Part shown: positions 37,573 through 50,258 of the stretch, piece by piece
How the letters are laid out: every line of letters starts with the position of its first letter
How positions within the stretch are numbered: the first letter of the stretch is position 1
Source: Fimbriosthenelais zetlandica
Taxonomy: Eukaryota
Reading direction: 5' to 3'
DNA length: 64,000 bases
Assembly (NCBI GenBank): GCA_977030845.1
Contig: OZ365112.1
Span: forward strand, 12,400,001-12,464,000
Program-made: the position numbers and the translations under genes
The notes under the pieces: generated by a model
The model's database searches: none
The model's input: the letters and a program-made list of their open reading frames with translations, nothing else
Told to the model about the DNA's origin: nothing

Positions 37573-40500
37573 TCAAGATGGGGCGTCGTTAGTGTAGGCG
37601 TTTAGATGGTCTGACATGATGGGTACTGGCAGGTCGTCCATGTTGGGCATCACAAAGATACGCTGTGAAATAGAAAAACAACAAGATGTACTATTAACTT
37701 ATCAAGATATAGGACAATTTTGGGATGGTGGACAATCTTATACATCCCCACCCCTCCCTGCGTTACATAATTTCTGAAAGGCCCTTCAAATCTAGGTCTT
37801 GTATAATAACAGAAAAGGTAACCTCAAAATATCACCCGCTAGTTTCGAACTCCAGCTATGGTAGTACTAGCTACCCGGTATGCCGGCTAGGGAGTATGTA
37901 AAAATAGCTCAGTCTCAAGGGTCACAATTAAGTAATTTGTTTAGTAAAGGATCGTAACATAGGCTGTGAATACGAATGAAGAAGTTGTCAGACTGCCTCC
38001 AGTTATAATTCAGGCCCGATACCAGAGGTCATACAGTCAGAGAGCTGCAGGTCACTACTTAATCTTCACAATTTTCTGGAAATTTGAAGTGTGGAGTACC
38101 CCTATTTGTTCTGCTGCCAACACCTGGATATATCTACAGTTGAGGTAGGTCAATTCAGCCTATAGTTAGTCCACATATTAATTTATTTTCTTGCCTCTGG
38201 GATGGAAATACAACGTGCCAAGCAAGGCGTGGTCAGCCCGGGCTATGCGTATACATGTATAATCCTTACCTGGAATTCAATCTGGAGTTTTTTCTCAATC
38301 CAGTCTGTAATGTGAGTCACAGTGACCTCTCGTTGACCAACCTTAGGTTTAGCCAACAGCGAAACTTTAGGATTCGTCCTGAATCCATACCTGAAAAATT
38401 AATTTTGAAAAAAAATCAATAAAAACTCATTAACAAGCTCCACAAATGAGGTTTTTTAATCAGCTATGTGATATGCCATGAGCAGATGATTGTGACTGCT
38501 CGTTACTGATTGCCTCTGGCATTCTCTATTATTGAGCAGGTGTTTATGGCATCTAATCCACTATTTGTATTTCCTAGTGGAGAGACCAGCACTATTAGAA
38601 TATCCCATCTCGTTCAAATTAATATTGATTTGTCTGTTTAAGACATGAACAGGGCAGATACACTATATACACCCAGGCCCTTTAATAGAACGATTGCTTA
38701 CACATTTTAAAAATGTCATTTTATATATATTATCGACAGGATCTCCAATATGATCATAATTATTGCAAGGTGTTTCACATCAGTATTGGATATATGATCA
38801 TAATATTAGCGCTCCAGGGCCAGCCCCGGGCAGATAGATCTGATCTATAAATAGCACATTATCGTCACCACGTGATGAGTAATTGGATAAGGAGGCTGGA
38901 GGGTGGAAGACTGTGAATGTTCAGTGATTATAAAACATTGACATGTCTCTGATGGGATGATATGGATTAATGAGAGATTTATAGCACACAGCTTCTACCG
39001 TTATCCTGACAGATGATCAAAACATGACCTGCTTGTGACAGGGGATAAAGAATTGAGAGATTGCCATGGAAACAAGCGTCAGAAGGCCTGATAGTGAGCA
39101 TATGAAACTAAAAGATGTTATGATACAGGAAGATACTAGATAGTTTGATTTATTAAATCTGAATATCTTCAATTATTTTCATGTTTTGTGATAAGCAGGG
39201 GGGGGGGGGGGGGGGGATCGGGATTTCTAAGTCCTTGTGAAATGTATTATTTCAAAAAGGTTATCTCTGCACAACCCACCCCCATTCCCCTATAGATCCG
39301 CAGTTTTAGGAATGTCTGAAAGTTATAATAGTTATATCAGAGTTACAACACATTTCAGTTATATCAGGGAATCATTTACAGCAAATATCTATATAAAATA
39401 CCTAATAAGTTTATTTTGATAACTCACTGGAAAAACGAAAACCTACAATATAGAGAGTTCGAGCTTAATAATCTGAATTTAAGTTTGGTGTGTGGGTAAC
39501 TCACCAGATACGGTCAGTGGGTGGAGGTGGGATATTGACAGCCAGTGTACCGCTCACACTTCTCAGCTCTACTGTCAGCTGTAGTGGGGTGTTGGACACC
39601 TCCTCCATAGCTCGCTTGATGTACTTGTATTCTGTGGCTTGTTGGAAGTATTTAGACTGAGTGATTTTATCAACCAGTCGCAGCAGCTTACGGGAAGTCG
39701 AGCGTCCAGGCCTGAGATTTAAAAAAAATGTAATTAATATTAATATAAATTAATTTAATCAATTAATCTAAGATTATTAAGGAGGTGTATTGACCAATTA
39801 AACAATTTAATTTTAAATTAATTATAGGCCTAAAGTAAATTCCGGATCAATTTACAAAATTGCAAATAACTTGATTTCATAATAAAAGAGAATAATTATG
39901 ATTCTCGCCCATCAAATATAGTAAATTTAATAAATATGAATGACTCACTCGGAGCGTTCCTCCATGGAGTCGGGCATGGGTTCGTCAGCTTCCTCATCTG
40001 TTGACGATTCAGCACTGTCCTCTTCTTCTGAATCTGTCACTGGAGATCTGTCAAACGAGACAAAAATGATCTTAAATACCTCAGAATTTGGCTCATTTAG
40101 AAAGGGAATAATATTTTTATTGAGGTAATTGTGTTGGTATAATAACCAATATCCATATAGCCGCTCATGCTGTAAAGAACGCATGCATAATTATGAATGA
40201 CTTTGTACATGTACATGAATTTTTCCCATTCTTCTTGAGTTAAAATAATACATTTTGTGCAAATTATCATGTTGAGAAATTAAAGATTATGCCACTTTAA
40301 TATTACGTATTCAGAACGTATGACTATCTTGAAATATATCAGCAAGGCCCAACAAATACAGAAGTGACAAAACCCCGATTCCTATAAAATTAATAAAAGA
40401 CGGACAAGAATTGAGGGTAAAATAAACGGTGTATTTCTCAGTAAAATGAAGCCACCCATCTAAATTCACGAAACAAGCTTTGCTCTTTTAACACCATCAT

Positions 40501-43500
40501 ATTTAATACTGGCAATATTTAATACTGGCATCGTACAGGACAATAATGAAGCAAATAGAAAACATAGCTCTTGTCCAATCTGTGGCGCAAAAAAAATGAA
40601 GGTTAATTCTGATGCTTCAGGACCAGTATAAACAAAAGAAAGGGTGAAAAAAATGAAAATTGTGTTCCTTAGCATTTTCCTAGTATATAACCTTCAATAA
40701 AAACTTGTAATCGGAAGGCAGACATATAATCCGCCACTGTTTAGGCTATCCGGTTCTCATATCTTATCTCTGTTAGAGCCTTATCTCTAGGCTACCGGTA
40801 GGAGAGATAAGAGTCATTTGACTGAACCAGGCTTCACTCCCTCTACTTTGATAAGGACCTAAATTACATCCCCGAGCTATATTATCTCCATGCCTAGAGC
40901 ATAATAAAATTACCACTTCATGTATTGACTCCATGACAAAAAATCTAATCCAAAAATCTAATATCGACCTAACATTTAAAATTAATATTAAAGTGTGCAC
41001 TGGTGTAAATTAAATTAAAGCAGGTTGTAATTAAGAAGCTAGGTAAATTTAATATCAAATTATAATTTAAATGGGTGTGGCCATCCGTGACGAATGATAA
41101 CTGGTGTTCCCTCGCTGCAACAAACCAAATACTCAACCAAGAGCCTAAAACAAGCATAAGCATGTACTCAAGCATCGATACACACGGCTAATGTTGACCT
41201 AAGACGAACTCATGGGAAATAGCATGTCTTAGTTACTTACTTATGCCAGCTTCTCATTTCGTATCTAGAAAAGGAAATTTAGTGGGAGAGGACAGAGAAA
41301 AATGGTGAGAATTACTGGGCAAACTAGTAGCGAAATGAAGGCAGCTTGAGAAATATCAGGAGTAAATATATACATAGGGAAGCGCTGAAAATAGTCGAGT
41401 AAAATGAATGTACATTACTCAAAGTTGAAAGGAAGAAGAGTTTGTATGGATTTTATCTAATTTTCTAGTATTTTTTGGATTTAACATTGTTATCTGGGTA
41501 CCCATGTTTACGCTCTATGGTTAGGTAAGGTCACACATCTAGGATAGTCTAATCTGATGATTCTTTTTAGCCATTTAAACTTCACGTTGAACTTCAGATC
41601 TATAAATATAGTCGGACGAGACAAGGGGCGGGGCAGGTTATCAGTCATAAGTGGGACCACTCCACAATAAACGCGCTGACTCGACATTTTATATTTGATT
41701 TATGGGGAGGTCTCAAATATAGGATTTATCTTCTTAGACATGAAATTTAATATACATGCAATTCGGAATCATAGAAGGATCCGACAGTAAGGAGACGTAA
41801 ATCTCTTCTTTAAAAGGAAATAATTTAGTACTGGAAATAGTGTGTACATATGTATAGCATTGCAATAAATGCGTTGCAAAGTAGGTAAAACAGGAAATAC
41901 ATAGAAATAGATAAATTTATATCAATTCTGACTAACCTTTTCTCAATAGCCAGTCGCCCTTCGCCCCCTTCGGAGCTATTTGAGTTAGATTTCTTTAGTT
42001 TCATTAAGTTGACTTTGGTTTCTAGCGACATCTGGAAGCCTCCATTGTAAGCGACGTCTAGGTCTACCCAGAGACCTGTGTCGTCTATATAAGGCCGGGA
42101 TATCCGGCGGATAACTGGAAGTTCCCCGCCCATCTCTATCTCTGTCACTGTTAACTCGTCTATCATATATGGTACCTGAAAAAATTAGTGAAAATTAGTC
42201 ATAAATTCACCTAAAATTCTTGAAAGTGAAAGGAGAAAATCATATCAACTTTCATGAGTAGTATAGAAATTGGCATTTGCCTATGGCTATAGAAATTGAC
42301 AGAAATAGACGGATGAAAAACAGGGATGGTATTAGGTTACTCCTGGACTTTGATCATTGACCATTGTGTAAGAAATCAAACCACTAAGCAATTTTACTCC
42401 CTTCCCAACCTAACTGATTAATCAGAGCCTACACAGTGGAGAAGGAGGAGCGGGGCTATACCATGTAATAGGGACGAGGGTAGATTACCATAGAACTTAC
42501 ATGTATTTTGGAAAGTTTCCTCTGTATTCTCTCCTGCATACGTTCAGCCCAGTAGCTCTCTCTGAGGAAGTCCCAGATACATCTTCCCAATACAGCATTC
42601 AACCATAGCACATTGGCTTCACATGAAGGCCGAGGGGAAGGTACCACACTGGAGGTGGCATCTTTCTCTTTATCTTTCTTCTGTTTGGAAGCTGACTTTT
42701 CTGATTCTTTATCTTTCTCTTTTATACTGGTTTTCGTAACAGGACTGGAGGTTGTGGGACTAGAAGCACTACTTTTCCTACCACTAGAGTTGTTGGTCAG
42801 GTTAGGGGTCTCCTCCTCTCCTATAACAGCAGGCATGATTCCTCCCATGTAGTGGATGTATTCAGTGAGCAGGATTTCACTAGGTGCAGGCGGTGGGGGT
42901 GGTAATGTGTTTTCTTTGACAGGCTCTGATTGGATTGAGGAGATAGAATCGGATGAATCTTGTCTGCGGTGCCGGATGCTGGAGGAGGTCGGGGAAGAGC
43001 CGAGCGGTGGGGTGGATTGACGTACTAGATTAGGAGTGGAATTTCTCTTGGGCAGTTTGGCAGCAACATCAATGCCAATCTCAAAATCTGAATTTGAAGC
43101 TTCCAGTTGGTCTGTGTCTGATGTCTTGGTTGGTAGAGGGACTAGATCAGTGATTCGGGTTGGTAGTGGGTCACCCCGTGATGCAGCATCCAGTCTCCTG
43201 AACCAGGTTTCCTTCTCGCGTCCTGTCCTACCGAACAGGAACAATACACTGTCCTCACATACCTCAGGTGCTATCACCTCATACCCCATACCCTTAGCCA
43301 GCTCATTCTCCGTCGATCCCTCCTTCTTCAGCTTATGCTCTATCTTAGAGCCTGTCTTAGCCAGCACCACACAGATGGGATATTTCTTGCTCCACATTCG
43401 TTTTTTGACCAGACCTGGAGGCACCAGGGAAATATGGGAGCCTACCAGGTCAAAATGTCTCTGGTGAATGAAGGTGGGGGTAGGGATGGTCTTCTCATCC

Positions 43501-46500
43501 CACATAGCTCGCTTGGCAATGTTGAGCTTGGGACGTTGTAGACGGAGGCTGGTTCCTTCAAGTTGGACATAGACAGAGTGGGTCTTGTTGATGTGGTAAT
43601 CATCAGGGTTGTACTGGTATAACTCGTTCATCCATACCTGTCAAAGATGGGAAATATTTAACATTAAATGCTTGTAAGATAATCTATTCTGATTCTGATT
43701 AACATAGGCCCAGGCTTTAAAAACAAGATATAATGTGTTAAATAATAACGCCTAAATAACATAACAAACGCCTGTATAACGCCTGAATACCATGGCATAA
43801 TAAAGGCCCGTTTCAGCAAAACACATGGTTAACATCATTTTGGGCAAGCTTTCGACCTTTTATTTGGTCATCAGGCATCTGATTTGGATTAATGTTGGAC
43901 AGACAACTGTTATGTAGCGAGTATAATATTGGCATCGATTTCAAATTACTTCCCAACATTTGGGTGGTGCATACTATTACGATACATTCAGTTGAGATGC
44001 AACTGATAGTCCTGAAGGGTGTATATATGTACCTTACCTGAAGTAGCTTATCAGTAAATTATCAGTAAGCTTATCAGTGGTTCATAAAACAGGCGATCGG
44101 TATCGACCAGTATAATCTCAAGTAAACGACCATAACAGGTGATAAATGATTATAGACATGATTCACTGCATTATCTGAGGGCCACGTGTGCAGGTCAAAT
44201 GTATGTGGGTCGCTCAAACTTACAAATGTGGAAAAATCAATAGAAAATACTCATCCATATGAAAATTATGTTTGTGAAGAACTTTCAAGAAAATGAGTTT
44301 TTTAAATAAATGAATTAGTCGTCGCCCTGTTTTCAACACCAAAAGTTGGAAAGTTTAATTTGAAATCACTTTCCCAATTGGGGGAAGCATTGTCTTGGCA
44401 TCCTCACTATTTTTACCTACCGCTCTCCTCAGACACATCACAATGTTGTTCAACGTGACAAGTCGTGAAATTGAAAACCATAAAGAAATGAGCTCCTATT
44501 TTGAGAATCTATTTCTAACGAATTGGTATTGAATGAAAAAATGTCAGTCATGTTATGTAAGGCCATACAATATGAGAAGTCGGACAAGTACTGAATATTT
44601 CCAGGAAATTAAAAAATAGGGAACGAAGCATTCAATTGACATGACATGGAAGTAGTTGCATTAATTAAGATACCTATTTTGTAATTTTCCTCATTTCCAT
44701 TGTCAATGTTTAAAATGACACGTCCCATACTGTAATAAGCAGTGATTAATGAGGACAAAGATCGTTCAACACCCTCTTAACACACGCACAATGCCTAGGA
44801 GGACAAATTCACATTTCTCCTAAATAATCAGTAAATGTGTCTCTGACAATGTGTGCAGGGCTGTAGATAACCAATATATGGGTGCCATGGGAACTGTGGA
44901 CGAAGATAACAAAGCATCTTGTTCGTTTTTCTGGGAGAAAGGTAATAAAATGGATATTAAGACCATATATAGAATAGGATTGTCCCCGCCCCTCCTCCTG
45001 CCCCTCCCATCCCACAAATCAATTATCTCACTGACTGTGAATGTAATAGTTTCTGGAGGCCAGCTTTATCATGAAGCTGACTCGGCATTTGTTGGCTACT
45101 TCAGAGAACACTCAACGTGACAGGAGAAGGCGTCTGGTGCGCGTTCCCAAAGGACCTAAAAGTGGACAGGAGAAAATAGACCAATCAATAGTGGGGAGCG
45201 GGGGCGGGGCTCCGGGGTTGGTGGTAAAAAGCCAGACGCGCCGTATAGACTGATCTAAATACTGGCCTCAATATTGCCTTCTCCAAAGAGAAAATTTATG
45301 TCTATTGTGGGATGGCGATTAATTTAGTTTGTCATTTATATTTTCCACTAATGCTAAATAAGATATAAATCGGTCCAAATCTATCCCTAACTTTTTATCA
45401 CAGATCTTATTTTACCATGCCATTCACATTTCACTAAAATGGAATTTTCCACCGTCAGTCCTATGTAGTCGGTTCCAAATGAGCCCCTGATGAATTGCAT
45501 TAACTCGATCTACCATTTATGAATCCCAGAATAATAAATCCTGACCTAGAAGAGGGACATCAGCTGCCCTCATGTTAAGATTAATGCATATTTACAATGA
45601 AATAGAGGCCATAAATCATAATGTGCTAAAGGGGGGGGGGGGCGGGGAGGGGTTACTACGCAACTAAAATGTTAAACATTTATATCTTACATGGAAGTCC
45701 ATATGAGTATATACTCAACATAACTAGAATAGACTATTCAATTCTGAAAATGGAGCATAAAAGTTCTCTATGCAATGCGACCTAAGTCTCATCCCATTTC
45801 AATTTAACTCCTTTAATAATTTACAGAATGATGTAGGGACTACGAAAAAGTAGTAAAATAAAGTAGTTGGAAGCGCCAATGCAAATCGTCCCCTATACGT
45901 CTACCTGTATTTAAATTAATGAAATACTATATCAATAAATTATATTAAATTGTTCATATTTATATAGAATATTTATATATATTCGGGAAAATTCGAAATT
46001 GATATAATACTATTAAAAATACACATTATGTTTTAAGAACAATCTATGTTTCTCTGATGACAGAAATTCTAGAGGAAAGTAAGCATAGCTTACAGGGCAT
46101 GTCTAGATGTGATAATTATAGAGTCTGACTTAGACCTTCCTTGCTTGTACTTTCCCAACCCCAATGACACATGTTCCCAAAGCCGTATATAGCCAAGGGT
46201 CAAAGAGAGCCGGCGGCTCTTTGTTCAGACTGGTGAGTGTCAGCTTGCCAAGTACTGGAGTACTGGTTATATGTATATTATCAACGAATCCCTGGCCAGG
46301 AAAATTATCACTGGCACACACATCAATATGTTGGTACTACGAATCACAGAATACACATGCACTCAGATAGACCGGAACATTTCCCACAGTAGCTGAAAGA
46401 GAGCTGGGAGAATATAATAACAGATATACATTTGCATTCATAAATCATGTTATCCCATAATTTAACAATTACAATTATCTTTACAATTACAATTGTTTTA

Positions 46501-48081
46501 TTTCATGCCATATTAATAGGTCTACTTCTCCTTGACGTTCTGGATCAGAAAATTAATTAATGTTCTACTTCAAGTAAGGGGGAGAAATCTTGAAAAGGTT
46601 TTATGCTTTTTTGAACAGAAAAGGCCCACCTTGAATTTTCCGTCCTCATTCTTGGATTCTTTCATCTCTGGCACCTTTAGGGGAGGAAGCTCGTCCAGAC
46701 GGGGCAGCACCATGGGGGGTCTCACTGCGGGGGGTGCAATCCACCAATAGTAGAACTTGACCACCCCCAGGGTGATAGCCATACCAACACAAAGGCCATC
46801 AATAAATGCTGGCAGGGGAATGATCAAATAGGCAAACAACAATACAGTAGCTGATAAGAGTCTATGGAATGGTAAACCGGACCCCGTAGATCTAGAGGGT
46901 AATTTATTCCCTGGAGGGGGCAGTTTTTCTGCAGGTGGTTTTACTTCTCTTTTACTAGAATCATCTTTGGTTGTAGGAAGACTTTCTTCTGGATCAAAGA
47001 ACTCGTCGTCCATGTATTCTAATTCCTCCTCTTTGTTAGATAAGAGCCCAGACAAAGTCATAGACACTGATTTCTGACCCGGCGTTCCCTTATCCAGGGA
47101 TCCCATCCATCTCTGTAACTTTGACTTAGGTTTGCTGGAAGTGGAGGATCTAGAAATCTGGTCTGAACTGGAAGAACGTTTTGTCCCTGAAAACGTGATC
47201 CCCCCAGTAAAGTCTTCTATGGGTTCAGCTTCGTAAAAATCTTCCACGATTTCAAACGAACTGGCCTTACACTTCTCTAGTTTCTCTCCAGCATTGGAAG
47301 AACTTGTCTCTGGCTGGCCATTCTGCTGGGACGTATTACTTTCAACACTAGCAGTACTGGCGTTTCTGGAATGACTTTTAGCTTTATTCTGTTCAATCAA
47401 ATCCTTCTTAACTTTCTCAGCGTTGAACAAATCACTTCTAGCCGAATCCAGTGATTCTGATTTTTTCAGTTTCCTCTCTTTCTCCTCTGGACTGTTCTCA
47501 CCAGAGAACTTGTCGATGAGATGGGAGAGGGGTTCTGGGATCCGGTCTTGGAATCGTTCACGGATTCCAGCCAGGAGAGAGCGCTGTTCAGCATCCTCAG
47601 ATGGTGTGAGGTCAGTGGGGGATGACGCCCCCTTACCCAGTAATCTATCAGTAATGAGGCTTGGAATAAGGGGCGGACCCCCTGGGGGCTCCCCTAATAA
47701 AGGTGTATTTAATTCTGAAGGAGGGGCAGATTTGGATCTCTCAGTGGTTGTTAGGGTTGTAGGTGCGACTGCTGCTCTTGGGTTGATTGGTTCAGGAGCT
47801 GGTACCGGTACATTACAAGTCCTACTGAGCTCTACCTTGACTGCTTCTTTTGAGCTGCTCACTAGTTTCTCGGTAATCTTTGAAGGTTCCTCTTGAGGTG
47901 GAGACTTGATTGTCCCCACAATAGTAAGATCCTCCTCATCCAGATCATCGTCAGCTGTGGCAGCGTTGAAGCGGATCGAGATAGATCCAGTGGGATTTTG
48001 TCGGCCAGTCAACTTCCCTAAACTCAGCTTGCTTGCTGAGATCGGGGCTGGAGATGCATCCCTCTTGGTCTTGGAAGACAT
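37573..48081 (-). CDS. TEX2: TEX2 (Nvj2-like) ER-anchored PH + SMP lipid-transfer protein, 7 coding exons, 1114 aa
   Basis: Exons 48081-46630, 43637-42501, 42175-41937, 40047-39949, 39711-39505, 38390-38270, 37662-37573 (3345 nt, in frame). Low-complexity N-terminus, twin hydrophobic helices (LLSATVLLFAYLIIPLPAFIDGLCVGMAITLGVV), PH-like region (WMNE...VYVQLEGTSLRL...KRMWSKKYPI...FGRTGREKETWF) and SMP domain (WLNAVLGR..WDFL, PYMIDELTVTEIEMG, LAVNIPPPPTDRIWYGFR, FVMPNMDD). Confidence 0.96.
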
Positions 48082-49449
48082 GATTTTTATATCATTTCAT
48101 ACGTACAGTTATATCACAGTCCAATCCAACACTCTCAGTCCTACTCACAGTCAAAATGTCTGAGATCACCTCATATCATTTTGGTCTTCATGATCAATGG
48201 TCATCTGTGAAATCTCCAGGACCATTTCACCTCCATTTTACAATCTATTCCAGATCAATAGCCTAGACTAGAGTTTGTATCTTCTCCTGGTCCAGAGTCA
48301 GCTTTCTTTATGGTAGTATAATCATGGCTTGTATGGTTGTATGTCGGGCGGACATTAGCAGAGTGACAGTAGTTGTAATGTGATGAGTGCAGGATTACCC
48401 AGTAATCCCTTCAGCATCCACTACTCTAGGCCTACTGCCACAAACAAGAAAGTGGGCGGGGTCGACACTACTCAACAATCATTTCTCCTCCTCCCCTTCT
48501 CTCCCTGGGTCTGGCGAAACCAAAGTCATTTAAATAGTTCTTAATCTGTTGAGAGAAACACTCCTAAATGGTAGAAGACTAGATCGGGGATTGTCTCTGT
48601 AATATGTTGATGGTAGAGTGACAGACTGATGCTCGGATCCGTGGCTGTGGAAGTGTGTAATGATGGCGGCCATGGGCCATCCCCGAGCAAAACAAACCAG
48701 CGCTGATCGCTACCAGATTAATATACCCCTCTGTTGACCTCCACACAACTGGAACGGTAAGAGGCACGTCCTCACTATAAAATTCCGTAATCCAGAATGA
48801 TCAACCTTTGTTCCCGATCTAATTTGAGCACACCACTCGAAAATCATACATTACCACATGACTACTCTTTTTCCTGTAAATAATAATCCCGCAGTAAATG
48901 GTTTCAGGAAACCTCGACCAATCAACGTCTTATCGGAGATACTGCGTCGTAAAAAGACGTTAATATCAATTTTGTTCACGGTAGAATTCTTCTAAATTGA
49001 CATAATGATTATGTTGGATCCATAAATTCTGTATATATGGAATATGTTCTATATTAGCGCCAGGGTCAATGTTGTCCTTCTTGCTCCGCGAAGCACGACT
49101 TCAATCATTGGTTCAGTGCTGCCACCGTGTGGTAAAATGGTGAAGCCAGCTCATAGTAGTCACTGTCGGAAGAAGAACAGAACACGGGCTTTATCTAAAT
49201 GACTTTATCTTTATTATTTGAGCCTTCATAAATAATCAATATGCCACAATCATAGGAATACTAATTGCTAATATTATGTGTAGACTAGTATAGGGCCATT
49301 TTGGATATAGAGACTAACAAGTTATCCGATAGATTCCCTACCCATTGTAGGCCTATGCGCATTAAAATTCATATCCGGCTAATTTCCTCCATTTATACCA
49401 TGCCGGAACACAACTCAATAAAACCCAAAAGCCTAATGAGTGTACCGTA

Positions 49450-49850
49450 ATCTACCGTAGGCCAGCAGGTGCGCGAAATCCAAGGGGGCGTGTCGCCACG
49501 ACCCAAACCCACATGGATGTAAACATAACCACGTGACGATCGGGGACATTCCCATAGTAACAAGCCGCCATTTTGGACGCCACACACTGAGTCAGACGTC
49601 AGGTCACCAAGAATATCCTCATCTATTAACCTTAATAGTTATAGAAAAATATCCTAAATGTCAAAAATGGATCCTAAGGTGGTATTCTCAAAGTTGACGT
49701 AGTTTTAGGAAGTTTCATTGGCGCAGTGATGAGTATGCAGCACTTTTTCCCTCGCATTCACGGCGAGCTCGGGTCTGGACAGGTTGTCGCTCTGCAGGTG
49801 GCGGTAGTGGAAGCGGTAGGGAATAGTGAATGTTTGCTCTAACAACAAAG
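49450..49850. promoter_or_regulatory. Bidirectional promoter region between TEX2 (-) and FBXW10-like (+)
   Basis: CpG-rich. Forkhead GTAAACA 49519-49525, E-box CACGTG 49530-49535, X-box-like ATTCCCATAGTAAC 49548-49561, YY1 GCCGCCATTTT 49564-49574, AP-1 TGAGTCA 49588-49594, AGGTCA 49601-49606. Confidence 0.6.
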
Positions 49851-50258
49851 TCGTGATAACTAATTAACACGTTGCTCCCAGCCTGTCACTCAGGAGCGAC
49901 ACCTCTATCGTGAAAGCTCTACTCCAGGGACTTTCCTACACCGATTTCATGGCTTTCATGGGACGTTCCTTTAATTAATTCAATCTAGTCTCTCATTGAA
50001 GTTGAACAGTGATTATCTACTATCTAGACTCTAGTCAACGTTTTACCAATAACATTATTCTCTGCAGCACTGGACGTGGAATTGCTCAACAGGAAATATT
50101 TTATATAATTTTAATTATTTCCTGACATTTGATACAATGAATGATATCATAGAACATTTTAAAAGAACCCTGGTCACTCCACCACCTTGAGGATAGAACC
50201 TTTCCTTAGACGGGTAGATCTATTTTAATTTTCTTTAAATTGGTTTAACAAATCCAGC

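Noticed and set aside
16779-39216. Poly-G tracts at 16779-16797 and 39198-39216
   Set aside because: Simple homopolymers with unrelated flanks; no shared element is evident.
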